Shown one piece after another: positions 32,130 to 43,619 of a stretch of DNA of 63,859 nucleotides. The notes beneath the pieces were generated by a model, which had not been told where the DNA came from, did not search any database, and saw nothing but the letters and a program-made list of their open reading frames with translations. Each line of letters opens with the position of its first letter. The first letter of the stretch is position 1. Origin of the DNA: Camelus dromedarius (Eukaryota); the NCBI RefSeq assembly GCF_036321535.1, contig NC_087472.1:2170001-2233859 (forward strand), in the 5' to 3' direction. A program made the translations under genes and the position numbers.

Positions 32130-33352
32130 TCAAGCAGGAAGGAGGGGCCCCTGAACCCAGAAAAGTGGCCATCCCACAGAGAGTCGCCCTTGCTTTCAGC
32201 TGTCCGGCGGCCCGAGGGGACGACAGCCCACGTGGTTTGTCCTGACTTCCGCATCCGAGTCTCAGACAGACCTGGGACATAGTGAAAGGGCGGGGGCCTC
32301 AGGTCTGCGGAGGAGAGAATCTCAGGGCCGCCTGGGAGTGAAGGTGACGACCGCGAGTTAGCATTCAGGGACCCTGGACCCCAAAACAGAGTCAGTCCTG
32401 GGAGGCCATGGGGCGGGAGGACCTCGGGCAGCAGTTCCTGAAATGCGGGTCTCAGAGGGACTGGGGTCTTGGTATGACGGGCGGGGCCTCAGGTGGGCTG
32501 AGAGGGGAATCCCAGGTCCTGCCAGGAGTCAAGGTGACCCCGAGGGAGGAGTGAGGGACCCGAGATCCCAGAACAGAGGGGACGCAACCGATCCTGCCCC
32601 TGCTGTCAGCCCTGGGAGGCCTCAATGCGGGATGAGCACACGTGGTGTGTCCTGACTTCGGCATCCAGGGCTCAGAGAGACCGGGGACCTACTATCAGGA
32701 TGGGGCCCTCAGGTGGTTGCAGAGCAGAATCCCAGGTCCCGCTTGGAGTCCCGGTGAGGACCCTGAGTTAGCGCGGACAGGACCTCCCACCCTAGAAGAG
32801 TGGGAACCTGCCAGAGCCCAGGCCTCCTGCCAGCACGCGGGTCCAGGGCTGTGCCACAGTGTAGATCCGAGGTCTCCCCTCCTTTCTCTCCCAGGGGCTC
32901 CAGACACCGGGAAGGCCTAGGTCTGAGACACGTGTTCTCGGGTCACAGAGCACAGGAGGCTGGCAGTGCCAGGACTGAAGGTGAGGTGTGGGCCCTGAGT
33001 GTGTACCCGGGGGCTCCCGGAACAGAGGGGACCCCGCGAGGCCAACGTCCACTCCACACACCCCGTGTTGCCCCCAGAACCTCGGGCTGTGCCGGCTGCA
33101 CCCTGAGGAGCCGCCTCACTTCCCCCGTCAGGTTCACAGACGACCGTCCACCTGGAGGAGAGCCCCTGTGAGGCCGAGGGCACCCCTGAAGAGGAGACCT
33201 GTAAGTAGCCTTTGTCAGAGCCCCCCACGGTGGGTTTCTCAGCCCGGGCCACTGACACTCCCTTTCTTCCCCAGGCCCGTGGGTCCCCATCTGTCACCCC
33301 TGCCCTCGCTGCTCTCAGCTGCCCGACACCACTCACCGTGCCTCCCGTTCAG

Positions 33353-34354
33353 ATGCGTGACCTCCACCACACTGAAGCCGACTTTCACGACCCAAGAGAG
33401 GCTGAGGATTCCGAGGATGAGCAGGACATTTGGGTTGAGGAGGAGGAGGGCGCATCCCCGTTGTCTCCCTCCTCCTCCTCCTCTTCCTCCTCCTCCTTCT
33501 CCTCCTCGTCTTCCTACTCAGTCCTGTTCCTGGGCAGTGGCGAGGAGGTGGCTGATTCTGGGACACCCAGTCCCGCGCAGAGCCCTCAGGGTGTCTGCCC
33601 CTCCCCCACAGCCGTGGCAGCCCCTCCCTGGAGCCAGTCGGAAGACAATGGCCTCAGAAGCCAAGGTGAGGAGGGGCCCAGCACCGGGCAGGACCCGGCA
33701 GATGCCGAGTCCCGGCTCCACGATGCATTACATTTGATGATGGTTGACCTGATGGGCTTCCTGCTCCACAAGTACCGCACAAAGCAGCCGACCTCAAAAG
33801 AGGAAATGCTGAATGCGGTCCTCAGAGATGACCAGGACCACTTCCCTGCGGTCTTGAGCCAAGCCTCTGAGTGTCTGCAGCTGGTCTTTGGGGTGGATGT
33901 GAAGGAGGTGGACCCCAGGGAGCACTTGTATGTCCTGGTCCCCACCCTGGGCCTCACCTACGATGGCATGCAGGACGATGGGCAGAGCATTCCCAAGACT
34001 GGCCTCCTGCTGATACTTCTGGGTGTGATTGTCCTGGAGGGCGACTTTGCTCCTGAGGAGGCAGTCTGGGGAGCACTTAGCAAGATGGGGCTGTGTGCTG
34101 GGAGGGAGCACTTCATCTATGGGGAGCCCAGGGAGCTCATCACCAACGTGTGGGTGCGGGAGGGGTACGTGGAGTACCGGCAGGTGGCCAACAGCGATCC
34201 CGCTCGCCACGAGTTCCTGTGGGGTCCCCGGGCCTACACGGAGACCAGCAAGCTGCAAGTCCTGGAACATTTCCTCAGGATCAATAGAAGGGGTCCCAGT
34301 TCTTTCCCGTCCCTGTCTGAAGAGCGAGTGAGTGATGAGGAAGAGGGGGCCTGA
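33353..34354 (+). CDS. MAGEA: MAGE-A family protein, copy 5, 333 aa (9-Ser tract with TCT interruption, DDQDH)
   Basis: Intact frame. Confidence 0.95.
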   Translation: MRDLHHTEADFHDPREAEDSEDEQDIWVEEEEGASPLSPSSSSSSSSSFSSSSSYSVLFLGSGEEVADSGTPSPAQSPQGVCPSPTAVAAPPWSQSEDNGLRSQGEEGPSTGQDPADAESRLHDALHLMMVDLMGFLLHKYRTKQPTSKEEMLNAVLRDDQDHFPAVLSQASECLQLVFGVDVKEVDPREHLYVLVPTLGLTYDGMQDDGQSIPKTGLLLILLGVIVLEGDFAPEEAVWGALSKMGLCAGREHFIYGEPRELITNVWVREGYVEYRQVANSDPARHEFLWGPRAYTETSKLQVLEHFLRINRRGPSSFPSLSEERVSDEEEGA

Positions 34355-34609
34355 GCCAGACTTGCAGCTGGGCTCCTTCTAGGCCCCTGTCCGGCAGCTT
34401 CTCCTGCCGGGCAGGAAGTGAGGCTGACTCTTCACTGTGTGTCTGAGGAGCAAGGAGTCAGCACCCTAAGTAGTGAGGGCCCGGGCCAGTGGGGGGGACA
34501 CGGTGTACAGCATCTCTGGGCTCCTGTTCTCTACAATGATATGGAAATTCATCTTCATTTCCTTTAGTGATGTTTCAGATGTTATTCGTTTTCATAAATA
34601 TCAATATAC

Positions 34610-36527
34610 TTTATTTTATTATACAGTCTTTTTAAAGATTACATTTTATTTACAGTTATGAGAAAATATTGGTTATATACGCCTTGTTCTGCAATACATT
34701 CTTGAACCTTCCTTACACCCAATAGTTTGTACTTCCCACTCCCTCACCCCTATATTGCCCCTTGCCCCTCACCCCTCCCCACTGGTAATCACTAGTTTGT
34801 TCTCTATGAGCCTGCTTCTTCTTTGTTATACTCACTAGTTTGTTGTATTTTTTAGAGTCCACATATAAATTGATATCATACAGTATTTGTCTTTCTCTGT
34901 CTGATTTATTTCACTTAGCATAATGTCCTCCAAGTCCATCCATCTTGCTGNNNNNNNNNNNNNNNNNNNNNNNNNNNNNNNNNNNNNNNNNNNNNNNNNN
35001 NNNNNNNNNNNNNNNNNNNNNNNNNNNNNNNNNNNNNNNNNNNNNNNNNNNNNNNNNNNNNNNNNNNNNNNNNNNNNNNNNNNNNNNNNNTAGATAACAC
35101 AGCTATGAATATTGGGTGCGTGTATCTTTTCAAATTAGTATCTGGTTTTTTTTTTGTTTTTTTTTTTTTTTGAGATGTATACCCAGGAATGGAATTGCTG
35201 GGTCACTTGGTAGTTCTAGTTTTAGTTTTTTGAGAAACGGCATACTGTTTTCCAGAGTGGTCACACCAATTTACATCCCCACCAACAGTGTAGGAGGGAT
35301 CCCTTCTCTCCACATCTTCGCCAACATTTGCTATTTGCNNNNNNNNNNNNNNNNNNNNNNNNNNNNNNNNNNNNNNNNNNNNNNNNNNNNNNNNNNNNNN
35401 NNNNNNNNNNNNNNNNNNNNNNNNNNNNNNNNNNNNNNNNNNNNNNNNNNNNNNNNNNNNNNNNNNCTTTGGACAAATGTCTATTGTGTTGTTCTGCCCG
35501 TTTTTAGTTGGGTCATTTGTTTTTTTGATGTTGAATTGTATGAGCTGTTTATATATGGTGGTTATTGCTCCCTTGTCAGTTGTAACGTTTGCAAATATTT
35601 TCTCCCCTTCAGTAGGTTGTTGTTTTAATTTAGTCAGTGGGTTCCCTTGCTGTGCAGAAGCTTTTAAGTATAATTAGGTCCCCGCTGTTTATTTTTCCTT
35701 TTATTTCCTTTGTTTTAGGACATGGATCCAAAAAGTTATTGCTGTAATTTATGTCAGAGAGTGTTCTGCCTATGTTTTCCTCTAGGAGTATTATAGTATC
35801 CAGTCTTAAATGTAGATCTTTAATCTATTTTGAGTTTATTTTTGTATATGGTGTTAGAGAATGTTCTAAGTTCATTGTTTGACAGGTAGCTGTCCAGTTT
35901 TCCCAGAGCCACTTATTGAAGAGACTGTCTTTTCTCCATTCAATATCCTTGCTTCCTTTGTCGTACATTAATTGACGGTAAGTGTGTGGGTTTACTTCTC
36001 GCCTCTCTATCCTGTTCCATTGATCTGTGTGTCTGTTTGGGGGCCAGAACCGCACTGTTTTGATTACTACAGCTTTGTAGTATAGTCCAATGTCAGGGAG
36101 CATGATTTCTCCAGCTCTGTTCTTCATTCCCAAGATTGTTTTAGCTATTGGGGTTCTTTTCTTTTTCCAGACACTTTTTTAAATTATTTGTTCTGGTTCT
36201 GAGAAAAATGCCATTGTTATTTTGACAGGGATTGCTTTGAATCTGTAGATTGCCTTGGGTAGTATGGTCACTGGGTTGTTTGGTCAACAACACTGATTCT
36301 TCCAATCCAAGAACACGGTATATCTTTCCATCTGTTGGTGTCATCTTCAGCTTCTTGCATCAGTGTCTTGTAGTTATTGGAGTACAGGTCTTTGGTCTCC
36401 TTAGCTAGGTTTATTACTAGATTATTTATTCTCTTTGATGTGATGGTAAATGGGATTGTTTCCTTAATTTCTCTTTCTGGTACTCCTTTGTTAGTGTATA
36501 AGATGCAACAGATTTCTGTATATTAAT
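34610..36527 (-). mobile_element. LINE-1 remnant, copy after gene 5
   Basis: Near-identical to 5515-7433. Confidence 0.93.
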
Positions 36528-38670
36528 AATAATATTAAATAAGCTTCAGTATCTTAGTTTGTGAATGATATTGATTATACACGTACTGGTACTTAGGCAG
36601 CCCAAGACTGAGTTTTGCTATTTTGTAAAACAAATTGGGAAAGTTTCCATCATACTGTGTCATGCCAAAGTAGGTAACACCGCATCGGAATAGAAATTTA
36701 CTTGGAAATGTGAGAGTGATCAGCACTAAAATCGGTGGGGTCAAGAAAGAGAGAAGTAAAAGTAAACGATAGGTAATTATTGGCTCCTTATCCCTTTTCT
36801 TCTGTCAGTCTATAAAATTATAATTATGTGTGTATAACCTGGATTTGTCTGGCTTAGTTAAGAAAGTAGGAGAAAATCAACCTGGATCAGTAGGATCCCT
36901 GCTCACCATCTCAGTTCATCCGCAGACGTTCACCGAGCCTCTCCTCTCTGGAGGGCTCGGTGTTAGCAGTGGGGACACTCGGAAAAGCAGGACAGCCCAC
37001 ACCTAGGATAGTCTAGGAGCCGCAGTCACATCGGGAAGTTGGTGAAAGGTCTCCTAAGTCCCATAGGGCAAATAAAAATAGGGCGAGGGGGTGGGGGTCC
37101 GGGAGAGAGCACCCAAGTGTAAGTGCCCAGCGCCAGGGCAGTTCGGGGCTTTGGGAAGCTGGGGGGGAGGTCCTTCTGTGGGAGGTGATGGTAATGAAGC
37201 TGGGTGGTGGCGGCAGGCAGACGTGCAGACGGCGCTTGTTAGTGGTGAGAGGAACGTGTCAGGTGGGAGATTGCTCTGAGAAGTCCCTCTGGGATCGTGG
37301 ATACATCTCCTGGGCGAGGGGGGAAGGTGTACTTTGTTCAGGGATGCTTAGAGACCTGGTTATCCTGCCTGAGCTGCTAGGACACTCAGAATGCTCCAAC
37401 TGCAGGGAGGAGTGGCGTTTGACGTGGCTCACAGTGTACTCCGTCCTGGCATATATAGTTGAAGAGGTTTGGTAACCGCCCCAAACTTGGGGTAGGATTT
37501 ACTGGGGTGTGTTCTTGGAAACGGTCTGCTGGACACTTACACTGATGGGTCAGCTCCCCTCGATGGTCAGAATCCAAAGCCATAGATGAGGAATGGTCCT
37601 GGACATCGCAGGGAGGAAACACCCACCGAGGCTGAATTCCAAACAGGGAATCCACCTCCGGCCCTCCCGACAGCCCTGGGAGACCCCCGGGCACGGGGTC
37701 CGGATGTGACGGGCGCTGATGCCCCCTCCCTGGGGGGTGAGAGAGGTGAGGGCCTGGGTGAGGGAGGCCGGCTTCAGGTCTGCACAGGGAAGGAGCCCAG
37801 CGCTGCCAGGAGTCAAGGTAGAACCGTGTGGAGGGACTCGGGTTGCAGGGAATCCAGGTCGGTTCTGCTGTCAGCCCTGGGAGACCGCAGGCAGGGTGGC
37901 GGAGATCAGTGCCCCAACCCCCACCCCCGCTTCCCTCTCGGGGGTCCTGGCTGTGGAGGGGCCTGGGTCCAAGGGGAGCAAACTGAGGTGGGCAGAGGGA
38001 GGGGCCCAGGCCCAGCCTGGAGCCCAGGTGAGGAGCAGAGGGAAGGCTGAGGGACCCCCGGGGAATCCATCTCAGCGCCTGGCGTCCACAGTCCTGGGAA
38101 GCCCTGGGCTTGGTGGCCTGCTGTGAGTCCACAGACGCCCCTGGGGGTCTCTGGGCAGTGAGGGCCTTGGTGTGAAGGTGTGGGCTCGGCTCAACAAGGG
38201 GGCGTCCCAGGACCCGCCGGGGCTCAAGGTGAGGACCCTGACGGAGGACAGCATGGGCCCCACAGATCCCCGCCCCTGCTGTCAGCCCTGGGAGGGCCTG
38301 GGTGGGATGAGCACTCGTGGGGCCCTGACTTCCTCACACCCGGGTCTCCGAGGGACGGGGGTCCTGCGATGAGGGGCGGGGCCTCGGGTGGCCAGAGGCT
38401 AGACGACACGACGCCTAAGTGACGACCCTGAGGGAAAACTGAGGGGACCCCGAACCCGGAAAAGAGGCCATCCCACAGAAAGGGGCCCTTGCTATCAGCT
38501 GTCCGGAGGCCCGAGGGCAGGACAGGCCCCCGTGTTGTGTCGTGACTGCGGCACCCTGGTCTCACAGAGACCGGGGACTTCGTGTGAGATGAGGGGGGGA
38601 CCCTCAGATCTGCAGAGGAGAGAATCCCAGGTCCCACTGGGAGTGAAGGTGACGACCGCGAGCGAGCAGT

Positions 38671-39216
38671 GAGGGACCCTGGACCCCAAAACACAGTCGG
38701 TCCTGGGAGGCCATAGGTCGGAATAAGCACCGGCGGCATTTCCCGCCATCCGGGTCTCGGAGGGACTGGGGTCCTAGGATGAGGGGCGGGGCTTCGGGGG
38801 TTCCAAGGGGAGGCTACATGCCGCCTGAGTCAAAGTGAGGACCCCGAGGGAGAACGGAGGGATCCTGGACCCCAAGACAGTGTTGGACCTTGGAGGCCTA
38901 GGGGCAGGGTGACCACCAGTGGCATTTCCCGACATCCGGGTCTCGGAGGGACTGGGGTCCTGGGATGAGGGGCGGGGATTGGGGTGGCCAGAGGGGAGAC
39001 CACATGCTGCCTGAGTCAAGGTGAGGACCCCGAGGGAGAACGGAGGGATCCTGGACCCCAAGACAGTGTTGGACCTTGGAGGCCTTGGGGCAGGGTGACC
39101 ACCTGTGGCGTTTCCTGCCATCCGGGTCTCGGAGGGACTGGGGTCCTTGGATGAGGGGCGGGGCCTCGGGGGCTCCAAGGGGAGGCTACATGCCGCCTGA
39201 GTCAAAGTGAGGACCC
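38671..39216. repeat. 186-bp VNTR, unit 6, 3 copies (A,D,B/C)
   Basis: Three copies; divergent D copy ending ctgagtcaagGTgagg (GT at 39021). Confidence 0.95.
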
Positions 39217-40440
39217 TCAAGCAGGAAGGAGGGGCCCCTGAACCCAGAAAAGTGGCCATCCCACAGAGAGTCGCCCTTGCTTTCAGCTGTCCGGCGGCCC
39301 GAGGGGACGACAGGCCCACGTGGTTTGTCCTGACTTCCGCATTCGAGTCTCAGACAGACTGGAGACTTAGTGAAAGGGAGGGGGCCTCAGGTCTGCGGAG
39401 GAGAGAATCTCAGGGCCGCCTGGGAGTGAAGGTGACAACCGCGAGTTTGCATTCAGGGACCCTGGACCCCAGAACAGAGTCAGTCCTGGAAGGCCATGGG
39501 GCGGGAGGACCTCGGGCAGCAGTTCCTGAAATGCGGGTCTCAGAGGGACTGGGGTCTTGGTATGACGGGCGGGGCCTCAGGTGGGCTGAGAGGGGAATCC
39601 CAGGTCCTGCCAGGAGTCAAGGTGACCCCGAGGGAGGAGTGAGGGACCCGAGATCCCAGAACAGAGGGGACGCAACCGATCCTGCCCCTGCTGTCAGCCC
39701 TGGGAGGCCTCAATGCGGGATGAGCACACGTGGTGTGTCCTGACTTCGGCATCCAGGGCTCAGAGAGACCGGGGACCTACTATCAGGATGGGGCCCTCAG
39801 GTGGTTGCAGAGCAGAATCCCAGGTCCCGCTTGGAGTCCCGGTGAGGACCCTGAGTTAGCACGGACAGGACCTCCCACCCTAGAAGAGTGGGAACCTGCC
39901 AGAGCCCAGGCCTCCTGCCAGCACGCGGGTCCAGGGCTGTGCCACAGTGTAGATCCGAGGTCTCCCCTCCTTTCTCTCCCAGGGGCTCCAGACACCGGGA
40001 AGGCCTAGGTCTGAGACACGTGTTCTCGGGTCACAGAGCACAGGAGGCTGGCAGTGCCAGGACTGAAGGTGAGGTGTGGGCCCTGAGTGTGTACCCGGGG
40101 GCTCCCGGAACAGAGGGGACCCCGCGAGGCCAACGTCCACTCAACACACCCCGTGTTGCCCCCAGAACCTCGGGCTGTGCCGGCTGCACCCTGAGGAGCC
40201 GCCTCACTTCCCCCGTCAGGTTCACAGACGACCGTCCACCTGGAGGAGAGCCCCTGTGAGGCCGAGGGCACCCCTGAAGAGGAGACCTGTAAGTAGCCTT
40301 TGTCAGAGCCCCCCACGGTGGGTTTCTCAGCCCGGGCCACTGACACTCCCTTTCTTCCCCAGGCCCGTGGGTCCCCATCTGTCACCCCTGCCCTCGCTGC
40401 TCTCAGCTGCCCGACACCACTCACCGTGCCTCCCGTTCAG

Positions 40441-41442
40441 ATGCGTGACCTCCACCACACTGAAGCCGACTTTCACGACCCAAGAGAGGCTGAGGATTCC
40501 GAGGATGAGCAGGACATTTGGGTTGAGGAGGAGGAGGGCGCATCCCCGTTGTCTCCCTCCTCCTCCTCCTCTTCCTCCTCCTCCTTCTCCTCCTCGTCTT
40601 CCTACTCAGTCCTGTTCCTGGGCAGTGGCGAGGAGGTGGCTGATTCTGGGACACCCAGTCCCGCGCAGAGCCCTCAGGGTGTCTGCCCCTCCCCCACAGC
40701 CGTGGCAGCCCCTCCCTGGAGCCAGTCGGAAGACAATGGCCTCAGAAGCCAAGGTGAGGAGGGGCCCAGCACCGGGCAGGACCCGGCAGATGCCGAGTCC
40801 CGGCTCCACGATGCATTACATTTGATGATGGTTGACCTGATGGGCTTCCTGCTCCACAAGTACCGCACAAAGCAGCCGACCTCAAAAGAGGAAATGCTGA
40901 ATGCGGTCCTCAGAGATGACCAGGACCACTTCCCTGCGGTCTTGAGCCAAGCCTCTGAGTGTCTGCAGCTGGTCTTTGGGGTGGATGTGAAGGAGGTGGA
41001 CCCCAGGGAGCACTTGTATGTCCTGGTCCCCACCCTGGGCCTCACCTACGATGGCATGCAGGACGATGGGCAGAGCATTCCCAAGACTGGCCTCCTGCTG
41101 ATACTTCTGGGTGTGATTGTCCTGGAGGGCGACTTTGCTCCTGAGGAGGCAGTCTGGGGAGCACTTAGCAAGATGGGGCTGTGTGCTGGGAGGGAGCACT
41201 TCATCTATGGGGAGCCCAGGGAGCTCATCACCAACGTGTGGGTGCGGGAGGGGTACGTGGAGTACCGGCAGGTGGCCAACAGCGATCCCGCTCGCCACGA
41301 GTTCCTGTGGGGTCCCCGGGCCTACACGGAGACCAGCAAGCTGCAAGTCCTGGAACATTTCCTCAGGATCAATAGAAGGGGTCCCAGTTCTTTCCCGTCC
41401 CTGTCTGAAGAGCGAGTGAGTGATGAGGAAGAGGGGGCCTGA
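40441..41442 (+). CDS. MAGEA: MAGE-A family protein, copy 6, 333 aa (9-Ser tract with TCT interruption, DDQDH)
   Basis: Intact frame. Confidence 0.95.
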   Translation: MRDLHHTEADFHDPREAEDSEDEQDIWVEEEEGASPLSPSSSSSSSSSFSSSSSYSVLFLGSGEEVADSGTPSPAQSPQGVCPSPTAVAAPPWSQSEDNGLRSQGEEGPSTGQDPADAESRLHDALHLMMVDLMGFLLHKYRTKQPTSKEEMLNAVLRDDQDHFPAVLSQASECLQLVFGVDVKEVDPREHLYVLVPTLGLTYDGMQDDGQSIPKTGLLLILLGVIVLEGDFAPEEAVWGALSKMGLCAGREHFIYGEPRELITNVWVREGYVEYRQVANSDPARHEFLWGPRAYTETSKLQVLEHFLRINRRGPSSFPSLSEERVSDEEEGA

Positions 41443-41697
41443 GCCAGACTTGCAGCTGGGCTCCTTCTAGGCCCCTGTCCGGCAGCTTCTCCTGCCGGGC
41501 AGGAAGTGAGGCTGACTCTTCACTGTGTGTCTGAGGAGCAAGGAGTCAGCATCCTAAGTAGTGAGGGCCCGGGCCAGTGGGGGGGACACGGTGTACAGCA
41601 TCTCTGGGCTCCTGTTCTCTACAATGATATGGAAGTTCATCTTCATTTCCTTTAGTGATGTTTCAGATGTTATTCGTTTTAATAAATATCAATATAC

Positions 41698-43619
41698 TTT
41701 ATTTTATTATACAGTCTTTTTAAAGATTACATTTTATTTACAGTTATGAGAAAATATTGGTTATATACGCCTTGTTCTGCAATACATTCTTGAACCTTCC
41801 TTACACCCAATAGTTTGTACTTCCCACTCCCTCACCCCTGTATTGCCCCTTGCCCCTCACCCCTCCCCACTGGTAATCACTAGTTTGTTCTCTATGAGCC
41901 TGCTTCTTCTTTGTTATACTCACTAGTTTGTTGTATTTTTTAGAGTCCACATATAAATTGATATCATACAGTATTTGTCTTTCTCTGTCTGATTTATTTC
42001 ACTTAGCATAATGTCCTCCAAGTCCATCCATCTTGCTGNNNNNNNNNNNNNNNNNNNNNNNNNNNNNNNNNNNNNNNNNNNNNNNNNNNNNNNNNNNNNN
42101 NNNNNNNNNNNNNNNNNNNNNNNNNNNNNNNNNNNNNNNNNNNNNNNNNNNNNNNNNNNNNNNNNNNNNNNNNNNNNNNNNNTAGATAACGCTGCTATGA
42201 ATATTGGGTGCGTGTATCTTTTCAAATTAGTATCTGGTTTTTTTTTTGTTTTTTTTTTTTTTTGAGATGTATACCCAGGAATGGAATTGCTGGGTCACTT
42301 GGTAGTTCTAGTTTTAGTTTTTTGAGAAACGGCATACTGTTTTCCAGAGTGGTCACACCAATTTACATCCCCACCAACAGTGTAGGAGGGATCCCTTCTC
42401 TCCACATCTTCGCCAACATTTGCTATTTGCNNNNNNNNNNNNNNNNNNNNNNNNNNNNNNNNNNNNNNNNNNNNNNNNNNNNNNNNNNNNNNNNNNNNNN
42501 NNNNNNNNNNNNNNNNNNNNNNNNNNNNNNNNNNNNNNNNNNNNNNNNNNNNNNNNNNCTTTGGACAAATGTCTATTGTGTTGTTCTGCCCGTTTTTAGT
42601 TGGGTCATTTGTTTTTTTGATGTTGAATTGTATGAGCTGTTTATATATGGTGGTTATTGCTCCCTTGTCAGTTGTAACGTTTGCAAATATTTTCTCCCCT
42701 TCAGTAGGTTGTTGTTTTAATTTAGTCAGTGGGTTCCCTTGCTGTGCAGAAGCTTTTAAGTATAATTAGGTCCCCGCTGTTTATTTTTCCTTTTATTTCC
42801 TTTGTTTTTGGACATGGATCCAAAAAGTTATTGCTGTAATTTATGTCAGAGAGTGTTCTGCCTATGTTTTCCTCTAGGAGTATTATAGTATCCAGTCTTA
42901 AATGTAGATCTTTAATCTATTTTGAGTTTATTTTTGTATATGGTGTTAGAGAATGTTCTAAGTTCATTGTTTGACAGGTAGCTGTCCAGTTTTCCCAGAG
43001 CCACTTATTGAAGAGACTGTCTTTTCTCCATTCAATATCCTTGCTTCCTTTGTCGTACATTAATTGACGGTAAGTGTGTGGGTTTACTTCTCGCCTCTCT
43101 ATCCTGTTCCATTGATCTGTGTGTCTGTTTGGGGGCCAGAACCGCACTGTTTTGATTACTACAGCTTTGTAGTATAGTCCAATGTCAGGGAGCATGATTT
43201 CTCCAGCTCTGTTCTTCATTCCCAAGATTGTTTTAGCTATTGGGGTTCTTTTCTTTTTCCAGACACTTTTTTAAATTATTTGTTCTGGTTCTGAGAAAAA
43301 TGCCATTGTTATTTTGACAGGGATTGCTTTGAATCTGTAGATTGCCTTGGGTAGTATGGTCACTGGGTTGTTTGGTCAACAACACTGATTCTTCCAATCC
43401 AAGAACACGGTATATCTTTCCATCTGTTGGTGTCATCTTCAGCTTCTTGCATCAGTGTCTTGTAGTTATTGGAGTACAGGTCTTTGGTCTCCTTAGCTAG
43501 GTTTATTACTAGATTATTTATTCTCTTTGATGTGATGGTAAATGGGATTGTTTCCTTAATTTCTCTTTCTGGTACTCCTTTGTTAGTGTATAAGATGCAA
43601 CAGATTTCTGTATATTAAT
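41698..43619 (-). mobile_element. LINE-1 remnant, copy after gene 6
   Basis: Near-identical to 5515-7433. Confidence 0.93.
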
